From positions 2,297-66,296 of the forward strand of contig CAUAFL010000002.1 of NCBI GenBank assembly GCA_958428295.1: a DNA stretch of 64,000 nucleotides, given 5' to 3'. Position 1 is the stretch's first letter; every line of letters begins with the position of its first letter. The DNA comes from an uncultured Bacillota bacterium. GTDB lineage: Bacteria; Bacillota_I; Bacilli_A; RF39; UBA660. A program made the position numbers and the translations under genes. Shown here piece after piece: positions 43,096-54,162 of this stretch. The notes beneath the pieces are model-generated. The model was not told the DNA's origin, ran no database searches, and was given only the letters and a program-made list of their open reading frames with translations.

Positions 43096-44370
43096 ATGTT
43101 TGTTGATGAGGTAATGTTATCCATTATAGCGGGTGCTGGAGGAGATGGCTGTACGGCTTTTCGCCGAGAAAAATATATTGCTTATGGAGGTCCTTATGGC
43201 GGTAATGGTGGTCATGGGGCAGATATTATTTTCAAAGTAGATGAGGGATTACATACACTACTTGATTTACGTTATCAGAAAACAATTAAGGGTCCGAAAG
43301 GTGAAAATGGCAAAGGAAAAAATCAACATGGTAAGGGAGCTGATCCCGTGATTGTCAAAGTTCCACAGGGGACAGTGGTGACAGATGTTGATACAGGCTT
43401 TATTTTGGCTGATTTAAAAGGTCGTAAGGATCAGGCTGTCATTGCCAAAGGGGGCCGTGGAGGTCGGGGGAATACAGCTTTTAAAACACAGACGAATACG
43501 GCTCCTAATTTTTCAGAAAATGGGGAACCAGGAGAAAAACGAAATTTAAAAGTAGAGTTAAAGTTATTAGCGGATGTAGGCTTAGTAGGATTACCTAGCG
43601 TTGGTAAGAGTACAATTATTTCAAAGGTTTCTAAATCAAAACCTAAGATTGCGGCATATCATTTTACGACGTTGCATCCTAACTTAGGCGTTGTTCGTGC
43701 TAGTGATGGAGCTACTTTTGTGATGGCAGATTTGCCTGGCTTGATTGCTGGGGCTAGTCAAGGAGAAGGTTTAGGAGATCAATTTTTACGACATATTGAA
43801 AGAACACGGGTATTATTACATGTTATTGATATGTCAGGTAGTGAAGGTCGGGATCCCTATGAAGATTATCTTTTAATAAATAAAGAACTAGCTTTGTTTA
43901 ATCCTAAATTATTAACTCGTCCCATGGTCATTTTAGCTAATAAAATGGATGTTGAGGGAGCGCAGGAAAATCTTGTTTCCTTTCAACAAAAAGTATCCGA
44001 TAAACAGATATTTGCTGTATCTGCTTTAAAAGCTACCGGATTGCAGCCAGTGATTGATTATTTAGCCTCTCTTTTAACCGATTTAAAAGAGGAGAATTTG
44101 TATGAGGATGAAGCCTTTGAAAGTCATGTCCTCTATCAATTTAAAGAAGAATCTCCTTATACCATTGAACGAGAAAATGAGGGCTTTGTCATTAAAGGAG
44201 AAGAAGTAGAAAAGTTGTTTAAGATGACAAAATTCAGTACCGAAGAAGGGATGCTTCGGTTTGCTAAAAAATTACGGAAAATGGGGATTGATGATAAATT
44301 AGCGGCCATGGGGGCTAAGGATGGGGATATGATCCGTATTCTCGATTTCTATTTTGAATATCATGAATAA
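43096..44370 (+). CDS. obg: GTPase Obg/CgtA
   Basis: The Gly-rich Obg fold reads GGDGCTAFRREKY..GGPYGGNGGHGADI. G-motifs are GLPSVGKST, DLPG and NKMD. A C-terminal OCT domain is present. Confidence 0.95.
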   Translation: MFVDEVMLSIIAGAGGDGCTAFRREKYIAYGGPYGGNGGHGADIIFKVDEGLHTLLDLRYQKTIKGPKGENGKGKNQHGKGADPVIVKVPQGTVVTDVDTGFILADLKGRKDQAVIAKGGRGGRGNTAFKTQTNTAPNFSENGEPGEKRNLKVELKLLADVGLVGLPSVGKSTIISKVSKSKPKIAAYHFTTLHPNLGVVRASDGATFVMADLPGLIAGASQGEGLGDQFLRHIERTRVLLHVIDMSGSEGRDPYEDYLLINKELALFNPKLLTRPMVILANKMDVEGAQENLVSFQQKVSDKQIFAVSALKATGLQPVIDYLASLLTDLKEENLYEDEAFESHVLYQFKEESPYTIERENEGFVIKGEEVEKLFKMTKFSTEEGMLRFAKKLRKMGIDDKLAAMGAKDGDMIRILDFYFEYHE

Positions 44371-44384
44371 AAGAAGGTGAGAAA

Positions 44385-44606
44385 ATGACAAATGAAAAAA
44401 AGCAAACTCTTTGTGCAGCTGGAACAGTAGGATCTCTTTGGGGGATGATTGCTGGGCAGGGGCAAGAGGTAGTAGTAGCGGCTTGTACTATTGGGGCTAT
44501 TACCTTTGGGGTAGGAACAATCAAGAGTTTACATAGGAAAACTTATTTACAAAAAGATAGTTCCTTATCTTCCTCTTCTAAACAGTATGTTTATTTTAAG
44601 AAGTGA
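44385..44606 (+). CDS. Small Gly/Ala-rich hydrophobic protein (73 aa)
   Basis: A strong GAAGGTGAG RBS lies 6 nt upstream. The core is LCAAGTVGSLWGMIAGQGQEVVVAACTIGAITFGVGTI, and the C-terminal tail is Ser-rich and basic. Confidence 0.4.
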   Translation: MTNEKKQTLCAAGTVGSLWGMIAGQGQEVVVAACTIGAITFGVGTIKSLHRKTYLQKDSSLSSSSKQYVYFKK

Positions 44607-44616
44607 GAGTGAGTTT

Positions 44617-45078
44617 ATGGAAGAGGTAGTGATTCGTTTGGCCACTGTCTTAGATGTGCCCCGTTTAAATGATCTATTAACCCAGTTAATTTTATTTGAA
44701 CGACGTTATGATTCTAATATAAAAGAGCAGATAGTGGTTACCAGTCAATATCAAACTTTACTTGCTAAAGAAGAAACGATTTTATTAGTGGCGGAAGTAG
44801 CAGGAGAAGTCGTTGGTTATCTTTATGGTTATGAGAAGAATTTAGCTAGTATTTGTTATCAAAAGGAAGCATATGTCGATGCTTTCTTTGTGAAAGAAGC
44901 GTATCGTAGAAAAGTCTTAGGACACAAACTTTTTGCCTCTTTTGAACAGTGGTGTCAAGAAAGACAAATTGCTTTTGTCGATATTATGGTTTTAATAGAG
45001 AATCGTGCTACAAAAGACTTTTATCAGAGGCAGGGATATCATTTGTTTAAGGAATATTTACGAAAAAAATTATCTTAG
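44617..45078 (+). CDS. GNAT family N-acetyltransferase
   Basis: The motif A-like segment is YRRKVLGHKLF, and the C-terminus has a YQRQGY-type beta strand. Confidence 0.7.
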   Translation: MEEVVIRLATVLDVPRLNDLLTQLILFERRYDSNIKEQIVVTSQYQTLLAKEETILLVAEVAGEVVGYLYGYEKNLASICYQKEAYVDAFFVKEAYRRKVLGHKLFASFEQWCQERQIAFVDIMVLIENRATKDFYQRQGYHLFKEYLRKKLS

Positions 45079-45153
45079 TAAGAATTCCCTTAGGGAAACT
45101 TTTCTTTTAGGGTGATTTTTAGTATAATAGACCATGAGGTTGGGTGAAGAAAA

Positions 45154-45801
45154 ATGACCTTTTGCTATCAGGAAACTCCTTATCTAGTGGCTGTGGAACG
45201 TAAAAATAATAAAAACTTATATATCCGCGTCAAAGAGGATTTAACGATTCAGGTGACTTGTCATTATGCAACAACAGATGAAGAGATTGAGCAAATTATG
45301 GTGGCTAATTCTAAAAGTATTGGCCGTATGATTGATAAGATGAAGCAAAAACAAAAGTATCAACAACAATTTTATTTTTTAGGGAAACGTTATGATATTG
45401 TCTATACCGAGTTTTGTGATATTCACTTAGGGATGGATAAAGTGTTTTTACGACGTGATTTTGATGTTGATAAATGGAAAAAACAGCAGGCTCTCTGCTT
45501 ATTTCACGAACATTTGAAATGGTGTTATCAGCACTTTTCGAGAGAAATTCCTTATCCTTCTCTTAGAATTCGCAAGATGAAAAGTCGTTGGGGGGTCTGT
45601 AATACAAAATTGAAAGTAATTACGTTAAACACCGAATTAATTACCAAAGAGTTAGGGTGTTTAGATTATGTTATCTTTCATGAATTAAGTCATTTAGTAG
45701 AAGCCAATCATTCTTCCCGTTTTTGGGAAGTAGTGGCTGAAAATTGTCCGGAATATAAGAAGTATCGGAAACTGACCAATTCGTTGGGAGAGGAGCTGTA
45801 A
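45154..45801 (+). CDS. M48/YgjP-like (DUF45) metal-dependent hydrolase
   Basis: SRWGVC and the zinc motif HELSHLVEANHSSRFW are present. Confidence 0.8.
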   Translation: MTFCYQETPYLVAVERKNNKNLYIRVKEDLTIQVTCHYATTDEEIEQIMVANSKSIGRMIDKMKQKQKYQQQFYFLGKRYDIVYTEFCDIHLGMDKVFLRRDFDVDKWKKQQALCLFHEHLKWCYQHFSREIPYPSLRIRKMKSRWGVCNTKLKVITLNTELITKELGCLDYVIFHELSHLVEANHSSRFWEVVAENCPEYKKYRKLTNSLGEEL

Positions 45802-45802
45802 G

Positions 45803-46534
45803 GTGGTAATTAGTAGTTTAGAAAATGAAAAGGTAAAGCATTATCTTAAGTTGCAGCAGAAGAAGTATCGGGATAAGTATCAAGAGTTTTTGGTGGAGGG
45901 ACGGCACTTGGTGTTAGAAGCATATCGAGCTGGCGTATTAAAAGAGTTAATTTATTGTGATGAGGAAGCGTTACCGCTTGCTGTTCCCCAAGTAGAAGTC
46001 AGTTATTCAATTTTGAAAAAATTAAGTGATACGAAAACGCCACAAAAAGTACTGGGTCTATGTCAAAAGTTAGCAGAAACAACCATTGGTAACCGGATTT
46101 TAATACTAGATGAAATTCAAGATCCGGGTAATTTAGGTACCATTATTCGAAGTGCTGTGGCATTTGATATTGATACGATTGTTTTAGGAAATAATACGGT
46201 TGATTTATATAATCCCAAAGTGGTGCGATCTACTCAAGGTATGCTCTTTCAAGTTCCCATCGTCTTTTTTACGATTGATCAATTATTGCCGATATTAAAG
46301 GGATTAAAGATTCCTGTATATGCAACGCGTGTCGAATATGGGGATAGTGTTGCTACTCTAACGAAAGAAGAGAAGGAGCGATTTGCTTTGATTGTTGGTA
46401 ATGAAGGCAGCGGTGTAAATCCTACTTATTTCGCTTTCAGTGATAAAAATCTTTATATTCCCATGAGTGCGAAGGTTGAGAGTTTAAATGTAGCAGTAGC
46501 GACTAGTATTATTTTGTACGAAATGAGGAAGTAG
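45803..46534 (+). CDS. TrmH/SpoU-family RNA 2'-O-methyltransferase
   Basis: Motifs are DPGNLGTIIRSA, VGNEGSGV and ESLNVAVATSI. It starts with GTG. Confidence 0.8.
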   Translation: MVISSLENEKVKHYLKLQQKKYRDKYQEFLVEGRHLVLEAYRAGVLKELIYCDEEALPLAVPQVEVSYSILKKLSDTKTPQKVLGLCQKLAETTIGNRILILDEIQDPGNLGTIIRSAVAFDIDTIVLGNNTVDLYNPKVVRSTQGMLFQVPIVFFTIDQLLPILKGLKIPVYATRVEYGDSVATLTKEEKERFALIVGNEGSGVNPTYFAFSDKNLYIPMSAKVESLNVAVATSIILYEMRK

Positions 46535-46536
46535 TT

Positions 46537-47043
46537 ATGACAAATATATGGATTGGTAAAATTGTTAATACGCATGGTATTAAAGGAGAACTTCGTATTG
46601 TCAGTGATCTTACAGAAGAACAAAAGGAAGCGGTTTTTAAGATTGGGAGTCATTTACTAGTAAAAGGAAAGTCTTATGAGATAGTGCATTACCGAGTTCA
46701 TAAACAATTTGATATGGTCATTTTTAAAGGGTATGATGATATCAATCAAGTGTTGTCTTTGAAAGGACAAGCAGTTTATAAGGAACCAGCCGATTTGGCA
46801 GTAGCTGATACGGAAGTTTTTACGAGTGAATTACTTTCCTTTAAGGTACTGACAACAACTGGTAAGACAGGTTATGTAAAGGCGATTGAAAAGACAGGGA
46901 AGCAGTATTATGTTTTGCGTTTGGTGATAGATGGTAAAGAAGTATTACTTCCTTATCATGAAGCTTTTGTGCTTGCTAAGAGTCGTAAGGATAAGACTTT
47001 GACAGTACGTTTATTAGATAGTGGTGAAGAAGATGAAAATTGA
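46537..47043 (+). CDS. rimM: 16S rRNA processing protein RimM
   Basis: IGKIVNTHGIKGELRIVS is present, followed by a PRC barrel C-terminal domain. Confidence 0.85.
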   Translation: MTNIWIGKIVNTHGIKGELRIVSDLTEEQKEAVFKIGSHLLVKGKSYEIVHYRVHKQFDMVIFKGYDDINQVLSLKGQAVYKEPADLAVADTEVFTSELLSFKVLTTTGKTGYVKAIEKTGKQYYVLRLVIDGKEVLLPYHEAFVLAKSRKDKTLTVRLLDSGEEDEN

Positions 47044-47699
47044 TATATTAACTTTGTTCCCTTCCATGTTTCAAGGAATATTTAGTGAATCGATTATCAA
47101 ACGAGCCATCGAAAATAAGAAAGTACAAATCACTCTTCATAATTTTAGAGAATATGCTACGGATGTACATCATAAAGTAGATGATACCCCTTATGGCGGC
47201 GGAGCGGGGATGGTACTTTGTTGTCAACCCATTTTTGATTGTGTTGAAGCTCTTAGAACGGAAAATAGTAAAGTGATTTTATTGACACCTAGTGGGCAGT
47301 TGTTTCAGCAAAGGATTGCTGTTGATTTGAGTAAAGAGTCTCATTTGATTTTGATTTGTGGCCATTATGAAGGGTTTGATGAACGTATTTTAACCCTGTG
47401 TGATTTGTGTATTTCCATTGGAGATTATGTTTTAACTGGTGGAGAGGTTGCAAGTATGGTTTTAGTAGAGGCAATCGTTCGTTTATTGCCAGGCGTCATT
47501 CGAGAAGAGAGCTTTGTTAATGATTCTTTTTATCAGGGCCTTCTTGATTATCCAACCTATACGAAACCACGAGAATTTAGAGGATTAAAGGTACCAGAGG
47601 TGTTACTTTCTGGAAATCATCAGGAAATTGCAGCTTTTAGAAGGCAAAAGGCTTTAGAAAAAACGGTTTTATTGCGACCAGATTTAGGGGGGAATCAAA

Positions 47700-47707
<8 letters not shown>
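47033..47707 (+). CDS. trmD: tRNA (guanine37-N1)-methyltransferase
   Basis: Motifs are MKIDILTLFPSMF, DDTPYGGGAGMV, ICGHYEGFDERI and LTGGE. Confidence 0.95.
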
Positions 47708-49240
<1,533 letters not shown>

Positions 49241-49250
49241 CGTTAACTGT

Positions 49251-49505
49251 TTATTTTCTTTTCTTTTCAGAATGAAATACTTTGACATACCGATCAAATT
49301 CAAATAAATCATTGGGTGTCATTTTTAAAAAGTAACACAATTCAGGGATAAAAATGGCGGGGAAACTTAGTTTGCCATTTTCATAACGAGAATATAAATC
49401 TTGACCTACGCCTAAATGCGTTGCTACTTCTTTTTGTGTCAAGTTTAGCATTTTCCGCTGTTCCTTCATTTTTTCATGAAAATCCATGTCCATTTTTACC
49501 ACCAC
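49251..49505 (-). CDS. XRE-family helix-turn-helix transcriptional regulator (small)
   Basis: The HTH_3 pattern is RKMLNLTQKEVATHLGVGQDLYSRYENGK. Confidence 0.75.
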   Translation of the reverse strand: MVVKMDMDFHEKMKEQRKMLNLTQKEVATHLGVGQDLYSRYENGKLSFPAIFIPELCYFLKMTPNDLFEFDRYVKVFHSEKKRK

Positions 49506-49535
49506 ACTACGTCTTTAGTTTATCTTTTTCAACTT

Positions 49536-49570
49536 GCGAAATTGACATATTATGCGAAAGTCACATACTA
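49536..49570. repeat. Two tandem 17-nt direct repeats in the XRE/frr intergenic region (candidate operator)
   Basis: GCGAAATTGACATATTA (49536-49552) and GCGAAAGTCACATACTA (49554-49570) match at 14 of 17 positions. Confidence 0.3.
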
Positions 49571-49719
49571 TGATTTCCTAATTAGGATGCCCATAAGGCA
49601 TTTTTTAATTCGTTATCGATTACTGATATTGAAATGAAAAGCATTTTTGGGTAATAGATCCTTTATTATTGATAAAATAGTAAGAGTATAGTACACTAGT
49701 AATAAGGAGAGATATTTGT

Positions 49720-50265
49720 ATGGATGAAAATATATTACAAGAAATAGAGTTGAAATTGGAAGGTTCTTTAGCTAATTTGGAAAAGCGTTTTACGACGGTT
49801 CGTGCCGGTCGTGCTAATCCCTCTAGTTTAGATAGTGTATTCGTTGATTATTATGGTACCATGACCCCTTTAAAACAATTAGCGACCATTTCTGTACCGG
49901 AAGCGACCCAATTATTAGTAAAACCATTTGACCGTAGTTGTCTTAGTGCGATTGAAAAAGGAATTTTGGCTGCTAATTTAGGGTATAATCCTGGGAATGA
50001 TGGAGAGACGATCCGAATTGTCATTCCTGCTTTAACGGAAGAACGTCGTAGAGAATTAACAAAACAAGTAAAGGCTTTTGCAGAAGAAGCAAAAGTGGCA
50101 ATTCGTAATATTCGACATGAAGGAAATGAAAAAATTGAAAAGAGAGAGCTTCCAGAGGATGAAGAAAAAGGTTTGATGAAAGAGGTTCAGGAGTTAGTTA
50201 ATCTTTATAATAAAAAAGTAGAAGCTCTTTATAAACAAAAAGAAGAAGAATTGCTTACTGTATAA
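49720..50265 (+). CDS. frr: Ribosome recycling factor
   Basis: Motifs are FTTVRAGRANPSSLD and IRNIRHE. Confidence 0.95.
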   Translation: MDENILQEIELKLEGSLANLEKRFTTVRAGRANPSSLDSVFVDYYGTMTPLKQLATISVPEATQLLVKPFDRSCLSAIEKGILAANLGYNPGNDGETIRIVIPALTEERRRELTKQVKAFAEEAKVAIRNIRHEGNEKIEKRELPEDEEKGLMKEVQELVNLYNKKVEALYKQKEEELLTV

Positions 50266-50279
50266 AATTATGGTATAAT
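50251..50279 (+). promoter_or_regulatory. Sigma-A promoter TTGCTT-17-TATAAT with extended -10 TG, for the pheST leader
   Basis: -35 at 50251-50256 and TGGTATAAT at 50271-50279. It overlaps the frr 3' end. Confidence 0.55.
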
Positions 50280-50285
50280 ATAATT

Positions 50286-50500
50286 CATATCGACAGTGAT
50301 GAAGAAGTAGTAATAAATCATACTTTTCTAGAGAGTCTGTGGTAGGTGGAAACAGATGGAGTTAGTTTATGAATTCGTCTTCGGAGTTCTTATTAATCAT
50401 AAGCGTATTTCTTGCGTTAAAAGAATTGAGTGTATAGTGATAACTGTAAAATAAGGTGGTACCGCGAATGTTTCGTCCTTATCTTATAGTTTTTTTTGTG
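50286..50500 (+). promoter_or_regulatory. T-box riboswitch leader (Phe specifier TTC)
   Basis: The T-box sequence AAGGTGGTACCGCG lies at ~50454-50467. The candidate specifier GAA-TTC-G is at 50374-50376. A terminator with a T-run lies at ~50490-50498. Confidence 0.8.
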
Positions 50501-50602
50501 AAAAATAATATTCAAGAGATAGATTCTGTCGAGAAATCATTACGTTGTGTTACCATTTATTACAATAGCAAAAATTAATAAAGATAAAGGAGATGTAGGA
50601 AG

Positions 50603-51643
50603 ATGACATTAGAAGAAATAAAGACTAATTTTGAACAGGAGTTGGCATCTGTTAAGAATTTGCAAGAACTTTCTTTACTGCGTGTAGCATATTTAGGGAA
50701 AAAAGGCCAAATAACCCTTTTAAATAGTAAAATTAAGGAGATTCCCGTAGATTCTAGAAAAGCTTATGGTCAGCAAGTAAATGCCCTAAAGGATTTGTTT
50801 ATTAGTATTTATGAAGAGAAAAAGACTTTTTTTGAAAATAGCTTACTTAATGAAAAATTACAACAAGAGGCAATTGATGTAACTTTACCGGCTACTAAAA
50901 TTTTAGAAGGGGCCCCTAATATTTTAGAAAAATTAATTGAAGAGGTAGAAGAAATATTTTTGACGATGGGCTATGATGTGGTCGATGGTCCAGAGGTAGA
51001 GGAAGATAAGTATAATTTTGAAATGTTAAATATTCCTAAGGGTCATCCAGCGCGTGATGCCCAGGATACATTTTATTTAGAGAATGAAGAAATATTGCTG
51101 CGGAGTCAAACTTCTCCTATGCAGGTAAGGACGATGTTAGCTGGCAAAGGACAAGTGCCTATTCGCATGATTTGCCCTGGAAAAACTTATCGGCGTGATG
51201 ATGATGATGCAACGCATTCTCATCAGTTTATGCAGATTGAAGGATTGCTAGTAGATAAGGATATTCGGTTAACTGATTTAAAAGGAACAATTGATGTGGT
51301 GGCTAAAAAAATTTTTGGTAATACTGTCACGACACGCTTTCGACCTAGTTATTATCAGTTTACTGAGCCTTCCGTAGAGGTTGATATTAGTTGTTTTAAT
51401 TGTCATGGTAGTGGTTGTGCCCTTTGTAAAAAGACGGGATGGATTACGATTGCTGGTGCTGGTATGGTGCATCCACAAGTGTTGACGATGGCAGGTTATG
51501 ATCCTAAGATATGGAGTGGTTTTGCCTTTGGTTTTGGAGCGGAGCGGATGGCTATGTTAAAATATGATATTGCTGATTGTCGAGTTTTTTATAATACTGA
51601 TTTACGAGAAATAACAATTTTTGATAGAAAGGAGGCTGAATAA
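50603..51643 (+). CDS. pheS: Phenylalanine--tRNA ligase alpha subunit
   Basis: Motifs are HPARDAQDTFY, FRPSYYQFTEPS and GFAFGFGAERMAM. Confidence 0.95.
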   Translation: MTLEEIKTNFEQELASVKNLQELSLLRVAYLGKKGQITLLNSKIKEIPVDSRKAYGQQVNALKDLFISIYEEKKTFFENSLLNEKLQQEAIDVTLPATKILEGAPNILEKLIEEVEEIFLTMGYDVVDGPEVEEDKYNFEMLNIPKGHPARDAQDTFYLENEEILLRSQTSPMQVRTMLAGKGQVPIRMICPGKTYRRDDDDATHSHQFMQIEGLLVDKDIRLTDLKGTIDVVAKKIFGNTVTTRFRPSYYQFTEPSVEVDISCFNCHGSGCALCKKTGWITIAGAGMVHPQVLTMAGYDPKIWSGFAFGFGAERMAMLKYDIADCRVFYNTDLREITIFDRKEAE

Positions 51644-51644
51644 G

Positions 51645-54017
51645 ATGATTAGTCTTTCATGGGTAAGTGATTATATTGATATAGCGGATCAAGATTTAGA
51701 AGCTTTAGCAGTTAATATTACTAAGGCAGGGATTAATGTTGAAAAGGTTGTGACTAATCGCCTTGATAAAGTTGTCATAGGAAAAGTTGTGACTTGTAAG
51801 AAGCATCCTGATAGTGATCATTTACATATCTGTCAAGTCGATGTTGGCGCTTCTTCTTTACAACAAATTGTTTGTGGAGCGCCTAATGTTCGCGAAGGTT
51901 TGAAAGTGATTGTTGCTTTACCAGGAGCAGTATTACCGGGTGATTTTTCCATTAAGAAAAGTAAAATTCGTGGTGTTGAATCAAATGGGATGCTTTGTGC
52001 TCTTTATGAGTTAGGTATTGAAGAAAAAACAGAAGCAACCTATGCGAAGGGGATTTGTGAATTAGAGGAAAAGGCGCCTGTTGGACAGGATGCGTTAATG
52101 TATTTAGGTGTAGCAGATACCTTATATGAACTAGATGTTCATAAACATCGAAATAACGATTGTTATTATCATATTGGATTTGCTTATGAAATTGCTGCCA
52201 TTCTTCATCGCAAAGTACAACTACCACCTGCTGATTTTACGGAGATAAAAGATACGGTCAATCATCATTTGCAGTTGACGGTTACCACTAAAAAATGTCC
52301 TTATTATTTAGCTAAAATGGTAACGGATGTGAAGATTGGTGAGTCTCCAGAATTTATTAAAAGACGGTTACGAGGAGCGGGAATGCGTCCTATTAATAAT
52401 GTGGTCGATATTTCTAATTATGTAATGTTGGAATATGGACAACCCCTTCATTTCTTTGATCAAGAGAAACTGGGAAATAAAATTGTTGTCCGAAATGCTA
52501 TGGAAGGGGAAGAAATCGTCACTTTAGATGGTAAACAACGAAAGTTAAGCGCTAGTGATATTGTCATAACGGATGGGGTAAAACCAGTTTGTATTGCTGG
52601 AGTAATGGGAGGCTTGAATACCGATGTTGATGCTAGTACCAAAACCATTGTCATCGAAAGTGCTATTTTTGATGCAGTTAGTATTCGCTATACAGCTTCT
52701 CATTTAGATTTAAAAAGCGAGGCTTCTATTCGTTATGGTAAGGGTTTAAATTATGAGTATACGCAAAAAGCTTTGGAGCGAGCTTGCTATTTATTGCAAA
52801 AGTATGCTGATGCTAAGGTATTAACGGGAATAATTTGTCATGATGAAGTAGATAAAACAGTCAAGACCGTTACTTTTAAAGCTCAGGAGATTAATCAATT
52901 ATTAGGAATTACTATTAGTGAAGCTGATATTGAAGTAGAACTACAACGCCTTGATTTCCCCTATCAATTTGAAAACGGCCAGTTTATAGTGACAATTCCT
53001 AAACGACGTTTAGATATTGATCCTTATATTAATGATATTGCGGAAGAGATAGGTCGATTATATGGCTATCAAAATTTAATTTCTACCTTACCTAGAACAG
53101 TGATTCGCCGTGGCCAATATTTAGGTGATGTCAAATATCGGAAGTTACTTTCCAAACGGTTACGCCATTTAGGGTTAAATGAGGTAAAAACATATACCTT
53201 AGTATCTCCTAGTATGGCTTTGCAATTTGATTATCGAGAAAAGAAGAGAAAAACTTTACCTAATCCAATGAGTGTGGATAAATCGATCTTGAGAACGTCG
53301 TTACTTCCTTCATTATATCAAGTTTATCAGTATAATAAAGCCCGTAAGGTAAAGGATATTTTCCTTTATGAGATTAGTAAAACCTATGATAAAAATTATC
53401 AGGAGGAAAGTCTCGTTGCAGGATTATTGGCAGGAGATTATGTAACTAGTGGGTGGACTAAACCAGTAAGTGTTGATTTTTATTTAGTGAAAGGAATGGT
53501 TGAAAACATTCTTACCTATTTGGGTTTTAAAAATCGTTATCAAATACTACCCGAGGAGATTGTAGACTTACATCCGGGAATTAGTGCGGCTATTTTCTTG
53601 GATCGGGAAAAAATTGGTGTTATAGGAAGAATTCATCCTCAATTATGTCAAGAAGAAGTCTATGTATTTGAATTGTCCATGGAGGCTTTACAAAAGAAGA
53701 TTAAACCTTTGAAATACAAAGAAGCGCCTCGTTATCCTAACATAGAAAAAGATATGGCTTTTTTAGTACCTAGGGATGTTACTAGTGCTCAAATAGAGAC
53801 TATTATTAAAAGAGTTGGTGGTCGCTTATTGACAGATATCCAAGTATTTGATGTGTATACGGATGATGATGCTTGGGAAGCGGCAAAGTCTATTGCCTAT
53901 CATTTAACTTTTCAAGATATGACTAGAACCCTTAGTGAAGAAGAAGTGATGACCATTTTTAATCATATTATTTCCGCTGTAACAACGGAGTTAGCGGTAA
54001 CGTTACGGGATAAATAA
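51645..54017 (+). CDS. pheT: Phenylalanine--tRNA ligase beta subunit
   Basis: It starts MISLSWVSDYI one nt after the pheS stop. It has a tRNA-binding OB domain, B3/4 and B5 domains, and a C-terminal FDX-ACB domain. Confidence 0.95.
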   Translation: MISLSWVSDYIDIADQDLEALAVNITKAGINVEKVVTNRLDKVVIGKVVTCKKHPDSDHLHICQVDVGASSLQQIVCGAPNVREGLKVIVALPGAVLPGDFSIKKSKIRGVESNGMLCALYELGIEEKTEATYAKGICELEEKAPVGQDALMYLGVADTLYELDVHKHRNNDCYYHIGFAYEIAAILHRKVQLPPADFTEIKDTVNHHLQLTVTTKKCPYYLAKMVTDVKIGESPEFIKRRLRGAGMRPINNVVDISNYVMLEYGQPLHFFDQEKLGNKIVVRNAMEGEEIVTLDGKQRKLSASDIVITDGVKPVCIAGVMGGLNTDVDASTKTIVIESAIFDAVSIRYTASHLDLKSEASIRYGKGLNYEYTQKALERACYLLQKYADAKVLTGIICHDEVDKTVKTVTFKAQEINQLLGITISEADIEVELQRLDFPYQFENGQFIVTIPKRRLDIDPYINDIAEEIGRLYGYQNLISTLPRTVIRRGQYLGDVKYRKLLSKRLRHLGLNEVKTYTLVSPSMALQFDYREKKRKTLPNPMSVDKSILRTSLLPSLYQVYQYNKARKVKDIFLYEISKTYDKNYQEESLVAGLLAGDYVTSGWTKPVSVDFYLVKGMVENILTYLGFKNRYQILPEEIVDLHPGISAAIFLDREKIGVIGRIHPQLCQEEVYVFELSMEALQKKIKPLKYKEAPRYPNIEKDMAFLVPRDVTSAQIETIIKRVGGRLLTDIQVFDVYTDDDAWEAAKSIAYHLTFQDMTRTLSEEEVMTIFNHIISAVTTELAVTLRDK

Positions 54018-54035
54018 GATATTAGGAATAGATAT

Positions 54036-54083
54036 ACCTATCAGGTAGGCTCTGAAAAGAGAAAACTACGTGATAGGTTTTTC
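54036..54083 (+). terminator. Candidate terminator after pheT
   Basis: An 8-bp stem ACCTATCA / TGATAGGT encloses a long loop and is followed by TTTTT. Confidence 0.45.
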
Positions 54084-54107
54084 TATTGTCTTTCACTTTG
54101 GATAACA

Positions 54108-54140
54108 AAAAAATCCCAATGGGCTTGAGCTTCCACTGGA
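54108..54140 (-). terminator. Candidate terminator for surface paralog 3
   Basis: On the minus strand the stem is CCAGTGG / CCATTGG (one G-U pair), followed by GATTTTTTT. Confidence 0.4.
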
Positions 54141-54162
54141 ATTTTAGGAAATTGTTTATCTT

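Noticed and set aside
49586-49606. I considered whether the hairpin plus T-run downstream of the TTGACA-18-TACTAT element defines a small RNA gene.
   Set aside because: The implied transcript would be only ~30 nt, so I keep it only as part of the low-interest operator observation.
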